DNA of 64,000 bases from Macrostomum lignano (lineage: Eukaryota). The DNA lies in assembly GCA_002269645.1 (NCBI GenBank), contig NIVC01001622.1:62001-126000 (forward strand). Direction: 5' to 3'. Positions 13,504 through 25,335 of this stretch are shown in pieces. Position 1 is the stretch's first letter. Each line of letters opens with the position of its first letter. The position numbers and the translations under genes were made by a program. The notes below the pieces were generated by a model. The model searched no databases. It saw only the letters and a program-made list of their open reading frames with translations, and was not told the DNA's origin.

Positions 13504-15068
13504 TGTATACTACTTATGCCAGCCAATTAGTGGTACATTGTCTACCCCCCTTGCTTATCAACACAGTTCATTTTTGTTTTTTTTACTGCAGACTAAGCTT
13601 ATTTATTATTATTATCACTATGTGTATAATTTCTAATCCAACTTACTTCCACTGTAAATACACCAAAATCAATAGCTCATGCTCTGCTAGCTCAAACTAA
13701 GCTATCGTGTGCTCAAACGATCAGACTCCTCAATAGAAGCGTATAGTTTAATCCAACCCCTACATCGCATGCCCGAGTAAATTACTATGGGGCACTGATA
13801 TTGACATTGGATAAAATCAATAGGTGAAAATGGCTACCTTGGATAATACGGCTTGATTTTTTCCAAAATATGTTGTTGTGCAGTTAAAAACATACCCAAT
13901 GATTCCCAATGACTGAGAGATTATAAATGCTAAAAATGAACAAGTCAAGTCTGCTTTAAATTTGATGCGTGCTCTGGTGCAATGCAATTCTTAATGAAAG
14001 AAGCAGATCAACAGGCGATACTGTAGCGATGCAGTTAAGTTTTACCCTGTTGCAGCCGCCGGGGCGGTCAATGACGCCGCTGAAGATGAGAGAACAAGAG
14101 GCCTAGGAAATTGGGTACAGAGTGGGGGATTCGGGGTCTCTTCCCCTCATCTGCAGCAGCAGCAGCAGCAGCAGTATGATTAAGTGCGGCTTGCCCCCCC
14201 CCCCACCCTGAACAGCCGCTCAAACCCCCGCGGGGACTTCCTCCATCCTGCTCGGTCCTCTCGTTCCCATTTTTGTCGTAGTTCGCCCCCGCCGTCCCCC
14301 ACCCCCTTGACAACTATACATAATGCTGAATACTATTATAATGTGGCATGTATTTATATTGTGGTGATATATGCATTGGCGCTAGGCTTGTTTGGCAGCT
14401 CAAGCTTGAAAAGCTCAATTGGACTTTTCCTCTATCCTGCTATGCAATGCTGCATATACAGAATTGGACTCTGGAGAGACTGAACTGGCCAAGACCACAG
14501 TCGCTGCGGCGGGTGGGTGTTCTCAAAAATGCTTTTTCCTTCTCGTATTTCGCACTCTAAGCCTGATTCTGAGCTGCACGAATTGCTCTAGTTATTTATT
14601 TATGAGCATCAAATAATTTACAACTTGGTCTGGTTACTTGGGACTGTTGATCGTTTAGGGCCAGACCCCCTACTGGCTACTGCTGTTTCCAAATCACGCA
14701 AGTCAGCTAAAAGTGTAACCTTTGATGCTTTAGATTAACGTGTTGACTGGCTTCTACAGGTGGTTCTTGAGTTGAGCTACGGCTCATCAAACGCTGATTT
14801 ATGTACGGGCAAAATGCATACTCGATATTTTCGACTCGGCCTTTAATAATACGAATTTCACTCCTAAAGTTCATCTTTCCAAACACGAAAAAAAACACGT
14901 AAAAATCTAGAAGGATTTGTTTTTATATTTCATGGCCAGACCGAAAATGAGCTAGTTAATAAATGATAAATTTTGCAATGGGAAAAGAAAAAATTATCAA
15001 CCAAGTTAAGACACTAGTTAATCCAAACCAGCAATGTAATCAGAAAAACTCATAGATTCCAACCACTA

Positions 15069-15260
15069 GGCTTGGCGGTTGTAGACTAGCGGTTAGAGCG
15101 ACGGACTCACGACTGAAAGGTCGGGGTTTCGATTCCTGATTCTACTGGGAAAAATTTGTGTCCTTCAGTAAGACACTTAACCTCTGCATTGCTTAATTTC
15201 ACCCAACTGTAAAATGGGTGCCAGCATTAGCTGGGGTAATTGGGGGGTTATGACAGGCCA
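15069..15260 (+). mobile_element. tRNA-derived CORE-type SINE
   Basis: A-box-like TAGACTAGCGG, B-box-like GGTTTCGATTCC (~15125), then GTGTCCTTCAGTAAGACACTTAACCTCT...CTGTAAAATGGG, which matches the CORE domain of MIR/AFC-type SINEs. Confidence 0.75.
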
Positions 15261-15829
15261 AGTGGCTTCGGCCATACATGTAGACATTTCCCCAGTTAAT
15301 TAACCTCTCAATTGGTCAAGCTATAGCTCAGCTCATAAAACACATGGAAAAGCCATTCAAAGTTTATCTGAAGCATCAACTATTTCTTTCAGCTCTTTTA
15401 ACAGTAGGGTCTGGCCTAATCAATAACTATCCTAACTAGCAACTTTCCCAGTGCTAAGCCAAAACTGCTGCGTATGAAGGAATTCTTGTTCAGTTCCCAT
15501 CTGATCTCATCGATCAGCTTGTTTCTAAATAGTTTGACCCAGAAAATGGACTAGCAAATTCAACCGCACTTGTCCTTTATAGATACCAACTTGAATTTTA
15601 GAAATGCATAATAAATAGTATCAATTTTTAGCAATAGTAATTGTTGGCAATATTGATTCTTAGCAATGCTTTGCTAGTTTTATTAGGGTATAGGCTGAAT
15701 TAAAACTTTTTTTTCGAGGGTCCATCAGAAGCTTATGATAGACTAACAATTTATCGCGTTAATTTAAAAATGCTTGATTTGTAAAATGAATGAAAGAAAT
15801 TGCCGCAACTCCCCTACATAAATTTAATT

Positions 15830-16420
15830 AAAGAGGCAACCAGGCTGGATAAATGACATGAGAGCTCAACTTTTTGCCACCTCTTGGGTGTGACATTCAT
15901 CGGCCTTTGAGACAGGGGTAGAGGCGCCCACCAAGAGACAGGGGCGCCCACCAAGAGACAGGGGCGCCCACCAAGAGGCAGGGGCGCCCACCAAGAGACA
16001 GAGGCGCCCACCAAGAGGCAGGGGCGCCCACCAAGAGACAGAGGCGCCCACCAAGAGGCAGGGGCGCCCACCAAGAGACAGAGGCGCCCACCAAGAGACA
16101 GAGGCGCCCACCAAGAGGCAGGGGCGCCCACCAAGAGACAGAGGCGCCCACCAAGAGGCAGGGGCGCCCACCAAGAGACAGAGGCGCCCACCAAGAGACA
16201 GAGGCGCCCACCAAGAGGCAGGGGCGCCCACCAAGAGACAGAGGCGCCCACCAAGAGACAGGGGCGCCCACCAAGATACAAGGGCGCCCACCAAGATACA
16301 AGGGCGCCCACCAAGACAGGGGCGCCCACCAAGAGACAGGGGCGCCCACCAAGAGACAGGGGCGCCCACCAAGACAGGGGCGCCCACCAAGAGACAGGGG
16401 CGCCCACCAAGAGACAGGGA
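15830..16420 (-). repeat. Second copy of the 20-bp GGGCGCCC minisatellite plus homologous unique tail, inverted relative to 1-550
   Basis: Units GGGGCGCCCACCAAGAGACA at 15921-16415; the reverse complement of 15830-15920 aligns with 446-550 (GGTGGCAAAAGTTGAGCTC ... CTCTTTAAT). Confidence 0.93.
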
Positions 16421-16772
16421 TGCCAATCAAAACAACAAATATTGGCTCCCCTTACGGTTGCGACCACCCTCGAAGTAAAATTACTGCTCACCTCACTAGG
16501 CCATACTGTTATCCCCGCAGAATATTTCAGTTATCTCAATAGTCTTTAATACCGTCTTCATTGTCTGACTTTTAAAAACTTGAAAATAACATTTGAACTT
16601 CGATTGTCTGCATTCTTGAAAATTCGTCAAGAAAATTTTATTAAATCTTTATAAATTTGTTCTAGTTTAAAGTTGAAATAATTCATCGTAAATTTAAACA
16701 GTGCTTCAGCAAACATTTTAAAAACATAATTGCTAAAAAAAGTTAATGAATAAACTGCTGTATTTTGTGCAG

Positions 16773-17204
16773 GATGTCGCCGTACTCAGCCGCGAGCTCA
16801 ATTTAGTTCGCGAGCAGCTTCGCGAACGCGAAGACGAAGTTAGCGATCTGAAAGCTGAGCGAAACAATACTAGATTGCTGCTGGAGCATCTCGAGTCACT
16901 GGTTGCTAGGCACGAGCGTTCGCTTCGTATGACAGTTGTCAAGCGGCAGGCAGCCTCGCCAGCTGGCGTCAGCTCCGAAGTGGAAGTGCTCAAAGCTTTA
17001 AAGAGTCTATTTGAGCATCACAAAGCTTTGGATGAGAAAATCAAAGAGAAGCTGCGACAAGCTCTTGACAGGTCTGGTCAGCTGGAGGAGGAGCTGAGCT
17101 CAGCCAATCAGGAGCTGTTCAGCCTGCGGGAGCAGGTTGCCAGGCTGACTAGAGCGTCAGAGAGCGCAGGTGCTGCTGGTGCTGGTGCTTCATCAGATGC
17201 AGTT
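16773..17204 (+). CDS. PPFIA: Liprin-alpha exon 2 (LH1 coiled coil)
   Basis: [64 protein letters not shown] is near-identical to the conserved liprin-alpha LH1 region; acceptor TTTTGTGCAG, donor GTAAGT, phase 0/0. Confidence 0.97.
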
Positions 17205-17232
17205 GTAAGTATGACTGCTTTGATCATTGGTT

Positions 17233-17645
17233 GTCAGACCGTCAGGGAAGCATAGTGAGCTGAGAGTGTCAGATAGTCAGGGAAGCATAGTGAGGGTGTC
17301 AGACAGTCAGAAAAGCATAATGAGGGTGTCAGACAGTCAGAAAAGCATAATGAGGTTGTCAGACAGTCAGGGAAGCATAATGAGGTTGTCAGACAGTCAG
17401 GGAAGCATAATGAGGTTGTCAGACAGTCAGGGAAGCATAGTGAGGGTGTCAGACAGTCAGGGAAGCATAGTGAGGGTGTCAGACACAGTGAGTGTCAGAC
17501 AGTCAGGGAAGCATCGTGAGGGTGTCAGACACAGTGAGAGTGTCAGACAGTCAGGGAAGCATAGTGAGGGTGTCAGACACAGTGAGTGTCAGACAGTCAG
17601 GGAAGCATAGTGAAGGTGTCAGACACAGTGAGACTGTCAGACACT
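17233..17645 (+). repeat. ~30-bp intronic minisatellite (GTGTCAGACAGTCAGGGAAGCATAGTGAGG)
   Basis: Fills most of liprin intron 2 (17205-17697). Confidence 0.93.
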
Positions 17646-17697
17646 GCCAGTCAGCTAGCAATCAAACAACCATCAGTCGCTTCACCCGCTGTTTCAG

Positions 17698-17919
17698 CCG
17701 GCTGTGTCCAACGGCAACGCCGAGGCGGACTTAGACGCCGCTAAAATAGTGGACTATCAGGATCGGCTTGACAAGAGCAGTGCCGAGCTGCTTCTGAGCA
17801 GGCGTCAAAACTCCGAACTGTCTGGTCGCGTGCGCGAACTCGAAGAGGCTCTGCACCGCGCCCAGGCTGAGAGCAGTCGGAGCGGCGAAGTTATTGAACG
17901 ATTGCAGCGGGATCTTAAG
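17698..17919 (+). CDS. PPFIA: Liprin-alpha exon 3 (coiled coil)
   Basis: PAVSNGNAEAD...ELSGRVRELEEAL...IERLQRDLK; acceptor GTTTCAG, donor AAG|GTTTG, phase 0/0; an in-frame stop upstream at 17656 supports the boundary. Confidence 0.85.
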
Positions 17920-17974
17920 GTTTGCGCTGAGTTTAATGTACTTTTTATAATGTGCATTAAATAATTCGTTACTG

Positions 17975-19365
17975 CCAGAGTTTCAGCGTTTCAGAATCTG
18001 CCAAAGAGTTTCAGTGTTGCAGAATCTGCCAGAGTTTCAGTGTTGCAAAATCTGCCAATTAAGAGTTTCAGTGTTGCAGAATCTGCCAATTAAGAGTTTC
18101 AGTGTTGCAGAATCTGCCAATTAAGAGTTTCAGTGTTGCAGAATCTGCCAAAGAGTTTCAGTGTTGCAGAATCTGCCAAAGAGTTTCAGTGTTGCAGAAT
18201 CTGCCAATTAAGAGTTTCAGTGTTGCAGAATCTGCCAAAGAGTTTCAGTGTTGCAGAATCTGCCAAAGAGTTTCAGTGTTGCAGAATCTGCCAAAGAGTT
18301 TCAGTGTTGCAGAATCTGCCAATTAAGAGTTTCAGTGTTTCAGAATCTGCCAAAGAGTTTCAGTGTTGCAGAATCTGCCAAAGAGTTTCAGTGTTGCAGA
18401 ATCTGCCAATTAAGAGTTTCAGTGTTGCAGAATCTGCCAATTAAGAGTTTCAGTGTTGCAGAATCTGCCAATTAAGAGTTTCAGTGTTGCAGAATCTGCC
18501 AATTAAGAGTTTCAGTGTTGCAGAATCTGCCAAAGAGTTTCAGTGTTGCAGAATCTGCCAAAGAGTTTCAGTGTTGCAGAATCTGCCAATTAAGAGTTTC
18601 AGTGTTGCAGAATCTGCCAAAGAGTTTCAGTGTTGCAGAATCTGCCAAAGAGTTTCAGTGTTGCAGAATCTGCCAAAGAGTTTCAGTGTTGCAGAATCTG
18701 CCAATTAAGAGTTTCAGTGTTTCAGAATCTGCCAAAGAGTTTCAGTGTTGCAGAATCTGCCAAAGAGTTTCAGTGTTGCAGAATCTGCCAATTAAGAGTT
18801 TCAGTGTTGCAGAATCTGCCAATTAAGAGTTTCAGTGTTGCAGAATCTGCCAATTAAGAGTTTCAGTGTTGCAGAATCTGCCAATTAAGAGTTTCAGTGT
18901 TTCAGAATCTGCCAAAGAGTTTCAGTGTTGCAGAATCTGCCAATTAAGAGTTTCAGTGTTTCAGAATCTGCCAAAGAGTTTCAGTGTTGCAGAATCTGCC
19001 AAAGAGTTTCAGTGTTGCAGAATCTGCCAATTAAGAGTTTCAGTGTTGCAGAATCTGCCAATTAAGAGTTTCAGTGTTGCAGAATCTGCCAAAGAGTTTC
19101 AGTGTTGCAGAATCTGCCAATTAAGAGTTTCAGTGTTTCAGAATCTGCCAATTAAGAGTTTCAGTGTTGCAGAATCTGCCAAAGAGTTTCAGTGTTGCAG
19201 AATCTGCCAATTAAGAGTTTCAGTGTTGCAGAATCTGCCAATTAAGAGTTTCAGTGTTGCAGAATCTGCCAAAGAGTTTCAGTGTTGCAGAATCTGCCAA
19301 TTAAGAGTTTCAGTGTTGCAGAATCTGCCAAAGAGTTTCAGTGTTACAGAATCTGCCAATTACGA
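17975..19365 (+). repeat. 28/31-bp intronic minisatellite (AGAGTTTCAGTGTTGCAGAATCTGCCA[A/ATTA])
   Basis: Two length variants interspersed; 382-bp higher-order duplication (identical ORFs at 18102/18484, 18133/18515, 18248/18630). Confidence 0.97.
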
Positions 19366-19467
19366 GCCTATAAATCAGTACTACAAAAATCCTTTTAAAA
19401 AGTTGTCATCGCAGATTGCCGCAGCTGTAATAATAATAAAAACATAACTCGAACCATCCGACCTTAG

Positions 19468-20247
19468 GAGGCGGAGGCGCAGCGCGAGGATCAAGAAGAG
19501 CGCATCGCCACTTTAGAGCAGCGCTACCTCAGCGCCCAGCGCGAGACAACTTCGGCGCACGAGCGCAACGACAGGCTAGAAGAGCAGCTAGCAATGCAGG
19601 CGAACAGTTTGCGCTTAGCCGAGGAGAAATTGCGCCAGCTGACAGCGTCAGACAGTCAGAATCAGCAGCAGCAGCAGCAAGGCTCCGGATCAGCTGACGC
19701 TAGCGATAAAGCTTTAGCCGGATCAGAAACCGGACAGGCCGATCCAGCCGAACTGCTGGCCGAACTAGAAGAGATACGCAATGAACTTTCCCGTTCTCAG
19801 CAGAGAGAGAAACTGCACGAGGAGCATAACAGTAGACTGTCTGCCACGGTTGACAAGCTGCTGATGGAGAGCAACGAGAGGCTGCAGTTGCACTTGCACG
19901 AGAAAATGTCCGCATTGGAGGAGAGAAACCAGCTTAGCGCCGAGTTGGATCGCATCAGGCGAGCACTGGAGGACTCGCAGTTTGAACGGGACGATCTAAC
20001 ACTGGAGTTGGAGCGGTTGCGGCAGCAGCAACAACAGCAGCTGTTGCAGGAGGGCCAGGCCTGTCTGCGACCTGCCCGCGGTCGTTCCAGCGGCGTCGAC
20101 GGAAACGGAGGCGGCTGCGGCACGCCTGGCAGCGGCGGCGCTTCCGCTGGACGCGGCGAAATGTCGATTGAAGCAAAAGTGCGCACTCTTGGCGAGGGCG
20201 ATTTTGAGCGACTGGCTCAGCAGCACGTGCTGCAGAATGTGCAACAG
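19468..20247 (+). CDS. PPFIA: Liprin-alpha exon 4 (coiled coils)
   Basis: EAEAQREDQEERIATLEQRYLSAQRE...EEHNSRLSATVDKLLMESNERLQLHLHEKMSALEERN...VRTLGEGDFERLAQQHVLQNVQQ, all conserved liprin-alpha segments; acceptor CCTTAG, donor CAG|GTAGG. Confidence 0.95.
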
Positions 20248-20277
20248 GTAGGCTTTGTCTTGTCTGGTTTAGGGTTG

Positions 20278-21090
20278 TACAATATCCAATAATAACATCC
20301 CCCTGTCACTGTACAATATCCAATAACAACACCCTGTCACTGTGCAATATCCAATAATAACAACCCCCTGCCACTGTGCAATATCCAATAATAACAACCC
20401 CCTGCCACTGTGCAATATCCAATAATAACAACCCCCTGCCACTGTGCAATATCCAACAACAACACCCTGTCACTGTGCAATATCCAATAATAACAACCCC
20501 CTGCCACTGTGCAATATCCAATAATAACACCCCCCTGCCACTGTGCAATATCCAATAATAACAACCCCCTGCCACTGTGCAATATCCAACAACAACACCC
20601 TGTCACTTTGCAATATCCAATAATAACAACCCCCTGCCACTGTACAATATCCAATAGCAACAACACCCTGTCACTGTGCAATATCCAACAACAACACCCT
20701 GTCACTGTACAATATCCAATAACAACACCCTGTCACTGTGCAATATCCAATAATAACAACCCCCTGCCACTGTGCAATATCCAACAACAACACCCTGTCA
20801 CTGTGCAATATCCAATAATAACAACCCCCTGCCACTGTGCAATATCCAATAATAACAACCCCCTGCCACTGTGCAATATCCAATAATAACAACCCCCTGC
20901 CACTGTGCAATATCCAACAACAACACCCTGTCACTTTGCAATATCCAATAATAACAACCCCCTGCCACTGTACAATATCCAATAGCAACAACACCCTGTC
21001 ACTGTGCAATATCCAACAACAACACCCTGTCACTGTGCAATATCCAACAACAACACCCTGTCACTGTGCAATATCCAACAACAACAACAA
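20278..21090 (+). repeat. 31-34-bp intronic minisatellite (TGTGCAATATCCAATAATAACAACCCCCTGCCAC)
   Basis: Fills liprin intron 4 (20248-21099) almost to the acceptor. Confidence 0.95.
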
Positions 21091-21099
21091 CATCTGCAG

Positions 21100-21486
21100 G
21101 CATTTGACAGCTCCGCTGCAAGCTCCTCCGACGCGCCAGATTATCCGTCGGCATTCTCGGACTCGGCCGATCCTCAGCAGACAGCTGACGCGCACTCGTT
21201 AGCCGCAATGATCCAGGAGCAACTAGACGCTATTAACAATGAGATCCGACTTATTCAGGAAGAGAAAGAATCAACTGAGCAGCGTGCCGAAGAGCTCGAG
21301 TCCCGCGTTGGTAGCGCCTCTCATCTGGCTGCTTCTAGCGCTGGCTGGGCCGGGCCCAGCCCGCCTATGAGCGGCCGCAGCACGCCCGCCACAGCGGCAG
21401 TCGCTGGCCGCTACATGGTTAGTAGCGGAGTCAGCAGCGGCATTGGGGTTGGCGCCTCACCGGCCTATGCCACCGTGTCTAGCGGG
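21100..21486 (+). CDS. PPFIA: Liprin-alpha exon 5
   Basis: AFDSS...[46 protein letters not shown]...[10 protein letters not shown] is conserved in liprin-alpha; donor GGG|GTGAGT at 21487 (alternative donor possible near 21418). Confidence 0.9.
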
Positions 21487-21894
21487 GTGAGTTTGAGTCA
21501 TGCAGAATTTATTGTCCACTTTCATTTGTTTTTTCTCTGCGCGTAGTTTTAATAATTATTTAGCTTGTTCATTATTAATAAAGTTAGGGCTGCTGTACAC
21601 TTCTGTGTGAGTGTGTGCCTGTGCGTATGACTGCTTAATGGGCAGTAATGCCTCTCGCCGGTTGTGCACTTGTGTGACAATGTCTCTTGAAGTGCGCCAG
21701 GGTGCACACAACCCCCCAGCCTGTTATACGAGCGTAAAAAGTGCCATAGAAGTGTAACTTAGCAGCTAATTTCAATAACAATTCACAGCTTTTTTATTGT
21801 CGCTAGTCAGTGCTTTTAGATAATATTTTGTCTATGGTAAAACTATCACAACTTTGATTTCACTCTATAGCCTTTGGTTCTAGCGTCACTTCCG

Positions 21895-22065
21895 GATAAT
21901 GTCCTTGAGTTGTGGATAATGTCCTTGAGTTGTGGATAATGTCCTTGAGTTGTGGATAATGTCCTTGAGTTGTGGATAATGTCCTTGAGTTGTGGATAAT
22001 GTCCTTGAGTTGTGGATAATGTCCTTGAGTTGTGGATAATGTCCTTGAGTTGTGGATAATGTCCA
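21895..22065 (+). repeat. 20-bp minisatellite (GGATAATGTCCTTGAGTTGT), ~8 copies
   Basis: Perfect tandem units in liprin intron 5. Confidence 0.95.
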
Positions 22066-22224
22066 CAAATAATTTAGAAAAACAGCATACCACACAGTAA
22101 AAATACAGTACAACAATGCACAGTAACAAAAACGTGACAAGAAAACACTAGGAAATACAGTCCAATTTCAAGAGGCCGTAAGTCTCTTGAAATATTTTGG
22201 CTTGTGTCAGTTACACATGAATTC

Positions 22225-22410
22225 TCACAGACTGCATTGGTTGAACGTGCAGTTTTGCATGACGATGTTCTTGCCATTTGGATGACTGCACTTCTTTAGC
22301 ACCTTGTCACGTCTGATTGAGAGATATCTGCGAACGGTCTTTTCGCACTTCTGGCCTGTTATCGCCATGATGTCGGCCATGGAATGTCCAGCTGCTTCTA
22401 AGTCGCACAT
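22225..22410 (-). pseudogene. Putative Crypton/tyrosine-recombinase transposase C-terminal remnant
   Basis: LEAAGHSMADIMAITGQKCEKTVRRYL...NIVMQNCTFN resembles the YR end motif (L..AG....IM..TGH.S...L..Y) and the NCT tail of animal Cryptons; the upstream HxLR motif is not seen. Confidence 0.45.
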
Positions 22411-23942
22411 CCTGCTAAGCCCAGTTAATCAGATGCACTTGGTCTGCCCAAGGACGACTTAAGTAGAAGGACGGGGAAACCACGTTTCTTAGAAAATTTT
22501 AGAAGGCAAGTTTCCCTAAAAATACACTACGGAGATAGGAAGTTTTCATTTTTTTCAGCACAAAAATTGTTATTGCTTTTGATAGGAGGCAGATCCAGTG
22601 TTCATCTTTTGATATGTTGTGCCTTTCTTATTGCTCTATCGGTATTCATGGAGCTTTTCGTTCAGAAAATCAGGATTCTGTGTGAATTTTGTATTCTACA
22701 TACATTTGCACGTGTCTTGTGCCTAAAAAGCATTGAAATGACACACCTCTGCTCTTTGGTTTTATGAGTCTATTTTGTCATTCTCAGCTGACTGTGTAAC
22801 AAATATTTGTAACAGATATGATAAAATAGATTCATAAAACCAGATATTCAAGTTGTGCCATGCATTTTTATGAATTTTAGGTACAGGAAATGTACGTAGA
22901 ATAAAAAATTCACATAGAATCCTATTGTAAAACTAGCTATTGTAAATGCTAGCGTTTTTCTATTTTGTTCAAACGAGGTTCACTATTTCTTAAATATAAT
23001 ATTTTCCCCTCTCTCGCTCAATTAACCGCCGCCGATGCCAGAGTCTGTACTGCTCTCGGCACAATCACAGCTTCTCTGCTTCAACGCCACACCTGGCCAA
23101 TACGCCAGTATCGGTGTACCACGGACAGGTATAGTGTAGATTGCTTCCTATTGTAGAATGTATAATGCATAGCGCAGTTTGTGTCCATAGTTTCTAAACC
23201 ATGAAAACCTCACTTTATATGCTTGTTATTGATGTTGTAATAACTTTTATTATGCGCGCGCATGCCCTCTGCAAATCTGTGCGATTAGCATCTAGAAATA
23301 ATGGATTAACGGATTAAGGAATAGTGGTCAGTGGTCAATAAACAGGATGATCTACTAAAGTAAAAATTTGGCTTAATCAGGATTTTCGTCCGATTCACAA
23401 CCATGACAGCCAACCCATAACTCGCAGGGAGTGTACATGACTGACGATTAGATAGTCAAAAAGTGCCCGATTAATACATATTGTAAACTTCCGTGTTTGT
23501 TTAGCAAATTCAATTTAAACTAATAAAAACCAAAATAATATTTACGTAATCGGTCTATATTGCTTGGCTTGCTAATTAATTAATTAGGTAATTGTTAACC
23601 TGGCCTATTAACCTCTATTCTAACCAATACATACATTATTCCTATTGCATCTCCTTTAGACACTATTCAATCAATTAATAATGTTGTACTACTTGGTGAG
23701 TAGTAACCCATTGAATTGAATTGTTGCTTTGTTTAGTCATGCTTAAGCTTATTTGTCAGGGTTTATTAAGGGAAATCGGTTCTACATTTCATTGAAAATT
23801 TTGTCATTTTCTACCTTTTTGGACAGTTTTGCCTTCTATAGGTTCTGGGCGCCGGTTTTATATACTACTTACTACTTTTAGTAGACAGTAAGTACTAAAA
23901 GCAACAAAATCGATATAGCGCGCCGTCTATTATACCTTTTAG

Positions 23943-24115
23943 ATTCGCTCGGCCTCCACTCTGCCGCACGCATCTGCCCAGTTGCCAATGACAACAGCCA
24001 GTAGTCAGAGCCCCCAGCAACAGCAGCAGACTCGAAGCGACAATTCTCCGCCAGGTACACCGCGCTCGTTGCGACTCGAACGGGTGGCCCAGGCTCTGGC
24101 CAAGGCGCACGATGG
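23943..24115 (+). CDS. PPFIA: Liprin-alpha exon 6
   Basis: IRSASTLPH...NSPPGTPRSLRLERVAQAL resembles vertebrate SPPSSPRALRLDRL; acceptor CCTTTTAG, donor GG|GTAAG (phase 2), which matches the phase of exon 7. Confidence 0.8.
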
Positions 24116-24571
24116 GTAAGTGCCGAGTCCTGGCTGACTAGTTGGGGGTGAGGTAGGCACTTTGCTAGGAAAATTAAATGAGAATCCTAAAGTGAAACCT
24201 ATTTGTCAATTTTATCACACTCTGCCTTGCAGTACTCAAATATGTAAAAGAATTTTTCCAGCATACATCGCACCATATCGGGTATTATCAAAGATACCAG
24301 AATAACTGGATATGTCACTCGCAAAAACTGCGCTCATCCACTCCTTTTTAGTAGCAAAATTTGCCTTTTTGTGCCTTTTGAAATATTAAGATTGAAATTT
24401 ATTAACTTTTTCAAGATATTTACAGGTTTTAAGAGCTGCAGACATCGCCTCTGGCTGTCTACAAGCACTCCTATTATATCAGCATATTCATCCTGTTTTT
24501 TCAAACTCCAGACTGCCTCAGACTGAATTATCCAATTAAGTAAACCAATAAAGGGCGCCCCAGCCCCCCAG

Positions 24572-24623
24572 ACAGGCCGATAAACTGTTGGGCTTTCCTA
24601 TTGCTCGCTTTTGCCTGACTTTG

Positions 24624-24666
<43 letters not shown>

Positions 24667-25335
24667 TACTGCTCTCTCATTGGCTGAGCTAGATTGGGCC
24701 TACCCCCCTAGTCTGAGTTTCGTCCGTCTGACTTTGACCTCTTTCCTTACTGCTCTCTCATTGGCTGAGCTAGATTGGGCCTGTCCCCTAGGCTGAGTTT
24801 CGTCCGTCTGACTTTGACCTCTTTCCTTACTGCTCTCTCATTGGCTGAGCTAGATTGGGCCTGTCCCCTAGGCCGAGTTTCGTCCGTCTGACTTTGACCT
24901 CTCTCCTTACTGCTCTCTCATTGGCTGAGCTAGATTGGGCCTGTCCCCTAGGCTGAGTTTCATCCGTCTGACTTTGAACTCTCCTTATTGCTCTCTCATT
25001 GGCTGAGCTAGTTTGGGCCTGCCCCCTAGGCAGAGTTTCGTCCGTCTGACTTTGAACTCTCCTTATTGCTCTCTCATTGGCTGAGCTAGATTGGGCCTGT
25101 CCTCTAGGCTGAGTTTCGTCCGTCTTGCGTTCACTTGTGTACATCAAGTTAAATGCTTGCTGTTCATTCTTTACCTCATATGCTCCTGAGGTGGCAAACC
25201 CCGAGGAAGGAAAGGAAATTTTTTCTGCCACATAAAATTTAAGTAACACTGCGCAGACAAGCTACTAAATAAAGAGTAGACGCTCTAAGTTTCACATCTA
25301 ACTATATGGGATGTATCCAGCTATTCTGTTATCTC
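24572..25335 (+). mobile_element. Dispersed repeat element with internal 80-bp tandem array (copy 1)
   Basis: Starts CAGGCCGATAAACTGTTGGGCTTTCC; 80-bp units (CGTCCGTCTG at 24721, 24801, 24881...); a (CT)n tract at ~24628-24663; conserved tail ...AAGTAACACTGCGCAGACAAGCTACTAAATAAAGAG shared with 37330-37860 and 63675-64000. Confidence 0.85.

Noticed and set aside
19647-19661. 15-nt identity between exon 4 (GTCAGACAGTCAGAA) and the intron-2 repeat unit
   Set aside because: Short, low-complexity match in a region rich in TCAG/GTCAG words; chance cannot be excluded.
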